64,000 bases of DNA from Deltaproteobacteria bacterium. GTDB lineage: Bacteria; Myxococcota; Kuafuiibacteriia; Kuafuiibacteriales; Kuafuiibacteriaceae. Of the stretch, positions 16,929-25,697 are shown piece by piece. The position numbers and the translations under genes were made by a program. Location of the stretch: NCBI GenBank assembly GCA_040218735.1, contig JAVJQW010000023.1, positions 320,001-384,000 on the forward strand, given 5' to 3'. The first letter of the stretch is position 1. The number at the start of each line of letters is the position of its first letter. The notes under the pieces were generated by a model. That model was given only the letters and a program-made list of their open reading frames with translations, made no database searches and was not told where the DNA came from.

Positions 16929-18109
16929 CGGTCGCTTTGAACGTCCACCGGCCGTCCGTCGTCGCGCTCGGGCAGACCTCGGATCCCGTCGCATCGGATC
17001 GTGGCACCGAGTCGCTGGGGCCGGTGCGCCGGCTCGACGCGGATCGGAGCGTCAACCGGGACGTCTCGCTGCTCCTCGCCCTCGCGCTCGCCGAGAGCAC
17101 GCGCGAGCTGGCGAGGATGCGGCGAACCACGGCGCGTGCGTTCCTCGAGGGGCAGGTCGCGCTCCTCACCGGGATGATTCGGCTGGAGCCGAGCGTCGCG
17201 GCATTCCTCGAGGACACACGCTTCCTGGAGACGATGGCGATGTCGGCCGTGAGCCTGGCTTCGACGGGCGCGGGCGCGAAGAAGCCGTTGAAGTCAAAGC
17301 TCCCGAAGAAGGCGCAGGCGAAGATCGACGCGGCGACGAGGCCGTTCGAGCTTTCGCGACACCTGAAGACACTCGCGGCGAAGCCCGCGGTCGCGAAGCG
17401 GCTCGGGCGTTTCCACGCGGTCCGCGACGAGCTGGTCCGCCGCAACCCCCGCGCGCGACATCTCTTCGAGCGACTCGCAAGCCAGGTTGCGCCGAACCAG
17501 CGGCTCGACGTTCGGGACTGGACGATCGAGGGGGCGCCTCTCCGGGGCCAGGCAACCTCCGAGCAGATGGCGCGTGACGTCTTCGGCGACGCGCCGACGA
17601 AGCGTCAGATCCAGCTCGTCGAGGAGGCTGCTTCGATCCTCGCGCGGGGCGGCGATCCCATCTACGGCACGGCCGGGCGCATGACGAAACTCATGACGCG
17701 CGATGAGTTGGCCACGAAGCTCGAGACGCGACGCCCGTTCTGGGCGCGTGAATCGGACGCCGCGGACACCGCCAGGATCGTGGAGGCGATTCGCACCCGG
17801 AAGGTGGACCTGTCGCTGCCCTTGAAGGACGTCGACGGCACGCCGAAGAAGGTCGACCACGCGAAGGCGAAGGACCTCCTCGGTAACGCGGCGAGCCACC
17901 TCGAGAAGACGTGGCAGGACGGGTGGTCGAAGGAGGAGGCCGAGATGCCGGAGGGGCTCCACGGAGTCACCGAAGGTGAACGCGCCATCCTCGACGCTTG
18001 GTACGCCGAGCTCATGTCGGCACAGCTCGATCTCATTCGGTGGTCGGGACGTTTCGGAGATCTGCTCGCGGACGTCGCAGACATCGGGATGGGTATTTCG
18101 GACGAATGA
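16925..18109 (+). CDS. hypothetical protein in translocon operon
   Basis: 394 aa ORF coupled by ATGA overlaps on both sides. Confidence 0.7.
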   Translation: MTVALNVHRPSVVALGQTSDPVASDRGTESLGPVRRLDADRSVNRDVSLLLALALAESTRELARMRRTTARAFLEGQVALLTGMIRLEPSVAAFLEDTRFLETMAMSAVSLASTGAGAKKPLKSKLPKKAQAKIDAATRPFELSRHLKTLAAKPAVAKRLGRFHAVRDELVRRNPRARHLFERLASQVAPNQRLDVRDWTIEGAPLRGQATSEQMARDVFGDAPTKRQIQLVEEAASILARGGDPIYGTAGRMTKLMTRDELATKLETRRPFWARESDAADTARIVEAIRTRKVDLSLPLKDVDGTPKKVDHAKAKDLLGNAASHLEKTWQDGWSKEEAEMPEGLHGVTEGERAILDAWYAELMSAQLDLIRWSGRFGDLLADVADIGMGISDE

Positions 18110-18609
18110 AGGAGGCCTACGAAATGGACGACATCGAAGAACGTGTCCTTGCCATCATGAACGCGGCGGCGGAAGGACTCATCAGCGTCCCTGAGCTGCT
18201 CGGGTTCACGGACGACGACGCCGAACGACTCTACGACAGCGCGCTCTCGCTCTACGAACGCGGCGCCACTTCGCAGGCGGAGCTCGTGTTGGAGTGGGTC
18301 GTGAACGCGAAGCCGTACACGGCGCGGTACTGGACGGCCTACGCCGCGACGCTGCAAGCGCGCGAGGCGTTCGTCCCGGCGATTCGCCTGTACACCGTGG
18401 CGCTGACGCTCGACCCCGACGACGTCATCGCGCTCGCCCACCGCGGTGAGTGCTGCCTGCTCGTGGGCCTCGTGGAACGCGGCCTCGACGATCTGGGACG
18501 GGCGTGCGCCCAGGCCCCCCGCTCGGACGAACGCCGCCACTGGGTCGAACACGCCCGCCGACTGCTGGCGCTCCACGAAGGCGTGCGTGCCCTGGCGCCC
18601 GTGGCCTGA
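18106..18609 (+). CDS. class II T3SS translocator chaperone, SycD/LcrH family
   Basis: ELLGFTDDDAERLYDSALSLYERG, PYTARYW, AIRLYTVALTLDPDD, HRGECCL (TPR repeats). Confidence 0.85.
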   Translation: MKEAYEMDDIEERVLAIMNAAAEGLISVPELLGFTDDDAERLYDSALSLYERGATSQAELVLEWVVNAKPYTARYWTAYAATLQAREAFVPAIRLYTVALTLDPDDVIALAHRGECCLLVGLVERGLDDLGRACAQAPRSDERRHWVEHARRLLALHEGVRALAPVA

Positions 18610-18654
18610 TCCGAACCACCTCTCGAAACTCAGGAAGAATACTCAGGAGAACTC

Positions 18655-19203
18655 ATGCAGACCGTCACCCGTACCCCACGCTCGAACCGCAACCCCCTTA
18701 GGCTGCGCCGGGTCACCGTCCCCGAGCACACTGTCGTCGCCAAGGAGCTGGGGCGCCAAGACGAAGACCCGCTCGCGATCGATCCCCTGGAGCTGGAGCG
18801 CTTCATCACCCGCGTCATGAAACGCGTGGGACGTGACGCCGTGGATCTGAAACGACTTGGCTTCTACCTTCAGGTCGATCCGTTGGTGCTCCTCCTCAAC
18901 GGTCACACGGACGGTGTGCGCAGGACGGCTTGCGTTCCGGTCCGGGACGACACGACGAGCACCGACGCGGAGGACGTCCTGACCTTCCCGCCGGCGTACG
19001 CGCTCGAGGTGGCGCTCCCCGACGGCGTGGCGCTGAACGTCGCGCTCCCGTCGGCGTTGGACGCCGCCCGTCGGTGGGCGCTCGCCGACGACTCCCGGCG
19101 CCTCGGCGGGTTCGTTCGTCTGCACGTCGTGCCGGACCGCAAGGCGCCCGACGGTGCCCGCACCGCGCTGTGCATCGAGTGCCTCCCCGACGACGTGGAC
19201 TGA
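18655..19203 (+). CDS. hypothetical protein
   Basis: 182 aa ORF with SD AGGAGA; no motif recognised. Confidence 0.65.
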   Translation: MQTVTRTPRSNRNPLRLRRVTVPEHTVVAKELGRQDEDPLAIDPLELERFITRVMKRVGRDAVDLKRLGFYLQVDPLVLLLNGHTDGVRRTACVPVRDDTTSTDAEDVLTFPPAYALEVALPDGVALNVALPSALDAARRWALADDSRRLGGFVRLHVVPDRKAPDGARTALCIECLPDDVD

Positions 19204-19231
19204 GTTCCGCAACACCCCCGAAACGGTTTCG
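19204..19231. promoter_or_regulatory. composite palindromic activator-site candidate, copy 3
   Basis: GTTCCGCAAC-N6-GAAAC-G-GTTTC. Confidence 0.6.
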
Positions 19232-19273
19232 CGAATCACACCTCCGCGCGGTCATAAACCCACGACATCGACT

Positions 19274-19288
19274 TGGCACGCGCGGTGC
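19274..19288 (+). promoter_or_regulatory. sigma54 -24/-12 promoter
   Basis: TGGCACG-CGCG-GTGC. Confidence 0.6.
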
Positions 19289-19318
19289 TCTCTTCAAGGA
19301 ACGAAAGGAACGACCACC

Positions 19319-20659
19319 ATGCCACCCACCCTGACCATGAAACCCAAGATGCCCGCCATGGATCCCAGCGCGAAGCTGATGGACGACGCCGGGCCCATCA
19401 CGAGCACGAAGTCCTCAGGTTCGTCGGTCGCCGTGGCCGGCGCCGGCGGCGATCCGCCGAAGCGCCCGAACGGTTCTGGCCTGCCGAATGGTCACTACCT
19501 CGACGTCGACCAGACCGGGCGCCTCCCGGTGAAACACCTCAACCTGAAGATGGCGAGCACGACGCCCCCTTCCCGCTTCATCGATCCCGCGACGAAGTCG
19601 GAGCGCTCCGACGCCACGCGGTACCTCGCGCTCCGGCAGAACAGCGCGGCGCGAAACCTGCTCTACAACCCGGGCCCCACGGTGCGGGAGGAGCTGTCGC
19701 TCGCCGCGGGGCGCCTCCACACGATCATGGGCCAGCTCGACGCGCAGGATCAGCGTACGCTCGGAACGCGGCTCCTCGGCGCCGAAGGGATGCTCGCCGG
19801 CCAGGGGCCCGACGCGATCCTCGCGACGCTGGATCGCGTGGCGCGTGAGTTCGACGGCGGCAACCCCACGGCCAACGATCGCGCGATCGTCCTCGCGTTG
19901 ATGGGTGACATCGGCGCGCTCTACGCCGACACCGGCGCGACCACCGGCGTGCAGGGGCGCACCGAGCTCGCCGCAGCGCGACTGCGCGACAACCTCGGCA
20001 ACATCGCCGAGGCATCAGGGCTGCAGGCCGTCCGCCGCGAGGACATCCAGCGTGTGCAGCGACTCGGCGGCTCGGGCGCCGTCGGGCCGACGAAGAAACA
20101 AGAGCGGCAGCGCCCCGAGAACGACAAACCTCCGCGCTCGGGCATTCACAACCTCGGCTTCCAGGCGGACGTCGACCTCGGGACCGACGGACCCACGGAG
20201 CTGACTCCGACGCGCTGGGACGTCGCGACGATCCGCAAGGACCGCGTCGATGAGTCAGCCGAGCCCCTGGTCGGACATATGTCGGGCTCTCCGGCGGAGA
20301 TCCTCCAGGTGTTCGACTTCCTCCGCGGCGTCGGCCGGGACGGTCAGTACACTCAGGTCATGGATCAGCAGCGGGCGCTCCCGATGTTGAACCCCATGCG
20401 GGCGCAACTCACCCCGGCGGCCAACGAGGCCCGACACGCACGCGCGGCGGCGGCGGGGGCGTTCCTCGTAGGCATGGGTTATCACAGCGCCGTCGAAGTC
20501 GCGGAGGGCATTCTGGCGTACACGGGCCAGGACGCCCGCGGCTCGCTCTCCAGCCCGCGGCGCGACGCGGTCGAGCTGCTCGGCCAGGGTGCCGCGACGG
20601 ACCTCCTCACCGACATGTTCGACGGCTACGCCATGCCGCGCGACGAGCCGGAGATGTAA
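19319..20659 (+). CDS. candidate T3SS effector with S-HxxxE motif
   Basis: Pro/Ser/Thr-rich N-terminus with no signal peptide; C-terminal PLVGHMSGS...GMGYHSAVEV. Confidence 0.55.
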   Translation: MPPTLTMKPKMPAMDPSAKLMDDAGPITSTKSSGSSVAVAGAGGDPPKRPNGSGLPNGHYLDVDQTGRLPVKHLNLKMASTTPPSRFIDPATKSERSDATRYLALRQNSAARNLLYNPGPTVREELSLAAGRLHTIMGQLDAQDQRTLGTRLLGAEGMLAGQGPDAILATLDRVAREFDGGNPTANDRAIVLALMGDIGALYADTGATTGVQGRTELAAARLRDNLGNIAEASGLQAVRREDIQRVQRLGGSGAVGPTKKQERQRPENDKPPRSGIHNLGFQADVDLGTDGPTELTPTRWDVATIRKDRVDESAEPLVGHMSGSPAEILQVFDFLRGVGRDGQYTQVMDQQRALPMLNPMRAQLTPAANEARHARAAAAGAFLVGMGYHSAVEVAEGILAYTGQDARGSLSSPRRDAVELLGQGAATDLLTDMFDGYAMPRDEPEM

Positions 20660-20682
20660 CCCACCGGAGCGCAGGATCCGAG

Positions 20683-21285
20683 CTACCGCAGCGCGATCTC
20701 GGCGCAGGCCACCGGCGCGCCGGCGTGTCCGCTGTACCCCTTCCCGTCGTCGTAACGCGCGTGCATCACGAGCGCGCGGCCCATGAGCTCATAGCCGCCG
20801 AAGTCATCGAGCGTCGTGTTCGGCACGACGCGCTCGAGGCGCCCGCGCCGATCCGCTTCGACGAGGAGGTTGCCGAGGTCGCCGAGGTGGTGCTCGGCGG
20901 ACGACGGCCAGCCGTGGTCGTTGCCTTCGGGCGCAAGGTGACCGCCGGTGCTCTGCGCGCCGAGCTCGCAGTCCGCGCGACGATGGATGTGGACGCCGTG
21001 CAAGCCAGGTTGCGCGCGCTCGACCTCGACGCGGACGAGCACACCATCGGCGGTCTCCGAGAGCGCAACGACGCCGACGACGGCGTCGGTGTCGACGTCA
21101 CGGAGCGGCACCACGAGGGTGTCGGTGTCGTCGCGGTCCGCGCGCCAGGCGTCGTGGTCGGGATCAATGAGGTTCGGCGGCGGCGGCGCGGCCGGGACCG
21201 TCTCGGCGACCGTAGGGGCGCGCTCGGTCGTCGCGCACGCGGTCGCGAGGAGGAGGAGGCTGGTCAGGAGCTTCGCGTCGATCAT
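20683..21285 (-). CDS. sodC: Cu/Zn superoxide dismutase, lipoprotein
   Basis: HGVHIH, GGH, HHLGDLGNL, GRALVMH, ACAEI; lipobox LATAC. Confidence 0.88.
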   Translation of the reverse strand: MIDAKLLTSLLLLATACATTERAPTVAETVPAAPPPPNLIDPDHDAWRADRDDTDTLVVPLRDVDTDAVVGVVALSETADGVLVRVEVERAQPGLHGVHIHRRADCELGAQSTGGHLAPEGNDHGWPSSAEHHLGDLGNLLVEADRRGRLERVVPNTTLDDFGGYELMGRALVMHARYDDGKGYSGHAGAPVACAEIALR

Positions 21286-21431
21286 GCCGAATACGAGGAG
21301 CATGTTTCGGACCAACGACGACGCCGCGTCGTCACCGCTCGGCTCGCGCGACAGAAGGACGCGATCGTGACGGGATGACACGGACCGCGCAGGATTTGAC
21401 CCCCTGATTGGGATCGGCGAGGGTCCGCCGC

Positions 21432-23111
21432 GTGGACGCGAAGGCTCCGGCGCATCCCTTCCTCGATGCGATCCTCGACCAGGCGCCGCGCGTCATGGGC
21501 CTCATGGACCGCGAGGCGCTGAGCCCGACCGTCGGGTGCTGCGACCGGACGTACTGGGCGTGGAAGTTCGTCGACTTCCCGGGCGCGCGGTTCCAGGAGT
21601 CGCTGTGTGTGATGGGCTTCCTGTACGGGACGGAGGCCGCAGGGGAGCCGTACTACGGCAACCCAAACCTCCTCCGATGGATCGAGCTGGGCCTCGACTA
21701 CTGGTGTTCCATTCAATATCGCGACGGCTCCTTCGATGAAGCGTACCCCTACGAGCGCTCGCTCGCGGCGACGGCGTTCACGAGCTTCTACGTCTCGGAG
21801 GGCATCCGGTTCGTCGGCGACGCGCTCCCGCAGGCGACGAAGGCGCGCGCGACCCTCGCGTTGCGGAAGGCCGGCGACTGGCTCGTCACCCACGACGAGC
21901 ACCACGGCTTCCTCTCGAATCACCTCGCGGCCGCGGCCGCCGCGTTGATGAACATTCACCTCCTGACCGGCGACCCGAAGTACAAGGAGCGTTGCCGATA
22001 CTTCGTCGACAAGATCCTCGCGCACCAATCATCGGAGGGTTGGTACGAAGAGTACGGCGGCGCCGACCCGGGCTACCAAACCCACGGTAGCTTCTACCTC
22101 GCGCGGATCTGGCAGCTCGACCCGGACGATCGTCTGCTCGATTCGATCGAACGGTCGATGCGGTTCCTGTCGTACTTCCTGCACGTCGACAAGAGCCTCG
22201 GCGGGGAGTACGCGAGCCGGAACACGCAGACCTACTACCCCGCCGCGTTCGAGATGCTCGCCAGCGAGCGCGGCGTCGCGTCGTGGGTCGCCGACACCAT
22301 GCGCGAAGCGGTGGGCACGGCGAGCGCCGCCGGGCTTCGGTCGGTCGACGCGTACAACTACTTCCCGTTCCTCAACAACCTGGTCTTCGCCCACGTCGCG
22401 TCCGAGGCGCGCACGAAGATGGCGGAACACGATCCGCCGGAGCAGGCGAACGGGGTGGTGTGGTTCCCGAAGGCCGGGCTCGCGCGCGTGCGTAAAGAGG
22501 CCTACGACGCCTACATCGGCGCCCGGAAGGGTGGGGTGTTGAAGGTGTTCGACCGGCGCCGGGGCGCGCTCGTCTACAACGACTGCGGGTACCTCGGCCG
22601 GATGAAGTCGAAGAAGCTCTGCTCCAATCAGTACGAGGACCTGGAGCGTGAGGCCGAGGTCGACGCGCACGGCATTACGGTGCGCGGGCGGTTCGTGCAG
22701 CTGTCGAAGCCGATCATGTCGCCGCTGAAGTTCATGGCGTTCCGCGCGTTCAACATGACGGCGGGGCAGGTACCTCAGCTCGCATTCTGGATGAAGAACG
22801 TCCTGGTGAAGGCCCTCATCTACAAGAAGAAGGAGCTGGACCTGTTCTTCGTGCGGAAGGTGACGCTCGACGAGACGTCGATCGTCGTCCGCGACGTCCT
22901 GAGCGGCGACGCGTCGAGCCTCGCGGAGCTCCGCTGGGAGCCCCAATTCACCACGATCCACATGGGATCCTCGCGTTACTACGTCCCCAACGAGCTGGAA
23001 GTGGCCCGTGGTCCGGCGGCGCGCTTGCAATCGACCTCGGTCCAGTTGGATCGTATCGCCGACGGGCTGCAAATCGAGCGGCGCGTCAGCTTCGACGAGG
23101 ATCCGGCTTGA
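21432..23111 (+). CDS. hypothetical protein, probable alpha/alpha-toroid (heparinase II/III-like) carbohydrate-associated
   Basis: Repeating helical W/Y-QxxDG-like motifs (SIQYRDGSF, HQSSEGWYEEYGGADPGY), SNH; coupled to GT2; start 21408 or 21432. Confidence 0.5.
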   Translation: MDAKAPAHPFLDAILDQAPRVMGLMDREALSPTVGCCDRTYWAWKFVDFPGARFQESLCVMGFLYGTEAAGEPYYGNPNLLRWIELGLDYWCSIQYRDGSFDEAYPYERSLAATAFTSFYVSEGIRFVGDALPQATKARATLALRKAGDWLVTHDEHHGFLSNHLAAAAAALMNIHLLTGDPKYKERCRYFVDKILAHQSSEGWYEEYGGADPGYQTHGSFYLARIWQLDPDDRLLDSIERSMRFLSYFLHVDKSLGGEYASRNTQTYYPAAFEMLASERGVASWVADTMREAVGTASAAGLRSVDAYNYFPFLNNLVFAHVASEARTKMAEHDPPEQANGVVWFPKAGLARVRKEAYDAYIGARKGGVLKVFDRRRGALVYNDCGYLGRMKSKKLCSNQYEDLEREAEVDAHGITVRGRFVQLSKPIMSPLKFMAFRAFNMTAGQVPQLAFWMKNVLVKALIYKKKELDLFFVRKVTLDETSIVVRDVLSGDASSLAELRWEPQFTTIHMGSSRYYVPNELEVARGPAARLQSTSVQLDRIADGLQIERRVSFDEDPA

Positions 23112-24199
23112 GCGAACGAGAGAACCTGGACCTGACGGTCGTGTGCCCGTTCTACAACGAGGGCGCGCTCATCCAGAAGAACATCGTCAAGATGCTCACG
23201 CGTCTGAAGACGCTCGACCTGACGTGGGAGCTCATCGTCGTCAACGACGGGTCGACGGACGAATCGCTCGAGCTCGCGCGCGCGGCGGCACCTGACGAGC
23301 CCCGGCTGAAGATCCTCAGCTACTCGAAGAACAAGGGCCGCGGGCACGCGCTGCGCACCGGTATCACCGCGGCGCGTGGTGACGTCATCGTCACCACGGA
23401 GGCAGACCTGTCGTGGGGCGAGGACGTGGTCGAGAACCTCTACGCGGCGATGCAGAAGTGGCCGGACGCGGACGTCGTCGTCGGCAGCCCAAACCTCGAG
23501 GGGGGCGGCTACGAGAACGTCCCGTACAAACGCGTGCTGTTGTCGCGGCTCGGCAACACGATCATTCGGACGTTCATGCTCGACGTGTGCACGATGAACA
23601 CCGGCATGACGCGGGCGTACCGACGCGAGGTGATCCAAACGCTCCCGCTGTTCGCGAACCAAAAAGAGTTTCACGTCGAGGTCATCCTCAAGGCACACGC
23701 GCTCAACCTCACGATCAAAGAGATCCCCGCGGTCCTGACTTGGCCCCCGGAGCGCCACGCGTCGGGGCCCAAGAAGAAGGGCGGCTTCTTCGCGTCGAAG
23801 CTGTTCAAGTTCGTCATCACGCACAGCATGATGAGCATCACCGGCAACCCCACGCGGTACATCTGGGGGCTGTCGATGATCGCGTTCGTGCTGAGCATGG
23901 TCTTCCTCGGCGTCGCCGTCGTGAACTACGTCCTCGGCCTGATCTCCGCGTACACCGCGTTGCTCGCGGTCTCGTTGTTCATCCTCGCGCTGGTGTTGTT
24001 CGTGTTCGGCGTCGTGCTCCACCAAGGGTCGACCGTGCTGCGGGAGATCTGGGTCATGCAGCGCCAACAGATGATGGCGACGCGCCGGCCCGGCGGTTCC
24101 ATCTACGAGGTCGCGGCGACGCGCGTGAACGAGCCGTCGAGCCAAGCCATCGAGCCCGTCGCCGCCGTCGCTCCGGAGCGGCCGGTCGCTCCGTCCTGA
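23108..24199 (+). CDS. GT2 polyprenyl-phosphate glycosyltransferase (DPM synthase-like) with C-terminal TMs
   Basis: PFYNE, VNDGSTD, NKGRGHA, TEADLS, two TM helices. Confidence 0.88.
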   Translation: MSERENLDLTVVCPFYNEGALIQKNIVKMLTRLKTLDLTWELIVVNDGSTDESLELARAAAPDEPRLKILSYSKNKGRGHALRTGITAARGDVIVTTEADLSWGEDVVENLYAAMQKWPDADVVVGSPNLEGGGYENVPYKRVLLSRLGNTIIRTFMLDVCTMNTGMTRAYRREVIQTLPLFANQKEFHVEVILKAHALNLTIKEIPAVLTWPPERHASGPKKKGGFFASKLFKFVITHSMMSITGNPTRYIWGLSMIAFVLSMVFLGVAVVNYVLGLISAYTALLAVSLFILALVLFVFGVVLHQGSTVLREIWVMQRQQMMATRRPGGSIYEVAATRVNEPSSQAIEPVAAVAPERPVAPS

Positions 24200-24200
24200 C

Positions 24201-25697
24201 GTGCAGTTCGGCGAGCTCCTCTACGCTTCGCAGCACCGCCCCGAGACGCGAGTCCACCGCGTCACGCAGGGGATCGTGTGGGCGTTCATCGGTGTCTCCA
24301 TCGCGCTGGTCGCGGCGGAGCTGATGTTCGAAGTCCCCGCCCGGCTGCACACGTGGTTCGTCTGGGTCGATCGCGCCACGCTCGTCGTGTTCGGCATCGA
24401 TCTCGTCCTGATGGTCGGCACGTACCGACCGCCCGAGCTCGACGTCTTCAACGGCTCGCCGCTGTGGCGCTTGCGGCGTCACGTCATCGATCGCGTGCGG
24501 TTCCTGTTCCGTCCTTTGGTGATGATCGACGTCATCACGCTGCTCGCGTTGGTCCCGGCGCTGCGCGCGCTGCGGGTGCTCCGCCTGTTGAAGCTCCTCA
24601 ACGGCGTTCAGTTCTTCCGGTACTCGAACCCGATCCTCGGCGTCTTCCGGAGCTTCGCGGAAAACAAACTCCTCTACCAGGGGACACTCGGGCTCCTCGG
24701 CGTGGTGGTCATCGCGGCGGGCGGCAGCATCTACCTGCTAGAGGTCGGCCAGAACGACAGCATCAAGACGCTCCAAGACGGCATCTGGTGGGCGTTGGTC
24801 ACGGTGACGACGGTGGGGTTCGGGGACATCGCGCCGAAGTCGCCGGAGGGGCGCATCGTCGCGAGTGTCCTGATGGTCTGTGGGATGTTCACGCTCGCGT
24901 TGTTCGCCGGCATCGTGAGCTCGACGATGCTCGAGATCATGATGCGGCTCAGGGAGGAGCAGTTTCGTATGACGACTCACACCAATCACGTCGTCGTCTG
25001 TGGGTACGACGCGGGCTCGCGGATGCTCCTGGAGTCCATCCTCGAGGAGAAGATCGTCCAGAGCGATCGCGAGGTGATCATCTTCGCGCCCTACGAGCGG
25101 CCCCCCGATCTCCCGGATGAGTTCACGTGGATTCGCGGTGACCCGACGAAGGAGAGTGAGCTCGAGAAGGTGAAGGTCGCGCACGCCAACGCAGTGATCG
25201 TGGTGGGGCAGCGCTCCAAGTCGATCGGCGAGGCGGACGCGACCACGATCCTCACGCTGTTCACGCTGCGCTCCTACGCGGCGAAGACGCGGCTCGAGGA
25301 GCGCCGAAAGAAACCCATCTACATCGTCGCGGAGATCCTCGACGCCGAGAACGTCGCCCACGCCTATGCGGCCGGCGCCAACGAAGTCATCGAAACCACG
25401 CGCCTCGGTTTCTCACTCATGGCCCACGCCCTCACCGCCCACGGCTCCGGCGAGGTCCTCGGCAGCGTCGCCTCCGCGAGCGCAGCGAGTGTCTACGTCG
25501 GCGTGACACCCATCGAACCCGGCGCCAACTACGGCGACATCGCGCAGCGCGTGCGCCGCGAGCACGGCGTCACCGTGATCGGCGTGCGCGACATGGAGAC
25601 GGGGGCCCTGGTGCTGTCGCCGACGGACGAAACAGCGCTGTCGCCGGGGCAGGCTATCGTCTATCTCGCGAACCAGCCGGTGCTCGAGTCGGTCTGA
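24201..25697 (+). CDS. potassium channel with RCK/TrkA domain
   Basis: TTVGFGD selectivity filter, S4-like LRALRVLRLLKLL, HVVVCGY, RGDPT. Confidence 0.9.
   Translation: MQFGELLYASQHRPETRVHRVTQGIVWAFIGVSIALVAAELMFEVPARLHTWFVWVDRATLVVFGIDLVLMVGTYRPPELDVFNGSPLWRLRRHVIDRVRFLFRPLVMIDVITLLALVPALRALRVLRLLKLLNGVQFFRYSNPILGVFRSFAENKLLYQGTLGLLGVVVIAAGGSIYLLEVGQNDSIKTLQDGIWWALVTVTTVGFGDIAPKSPEGRIVASVLMVCGMFTLALFAGIVSSTMLEIMMRLREEQFRMTTHTNHVVVCGYDAGSRMLLESILEEKIVQSDREVIIFAPYERPPDLPDEFTWIRGDPTKESELEKVKVAHANAVIVVGQRSKSIGEADATTILTLFTLRSYAAKTRLEERRKKPIYIVAEILDAENVAHAYAAGANEVIETTRLGFSLMAHALTAHGSGEVLGSVASASAASVYVGVTPIEPGANYGDIAQRVRREHGVTVIGVRDMETGALVLSPTDETALSPGQAIVYLANQPVLESV

Noticed and set aside
25654-25697. 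Convergent 3' overlaps (also 6042-6054, 41249-41306, 59562-59572)
   Set aside because: Common in compact high-GC genomes; no further signal
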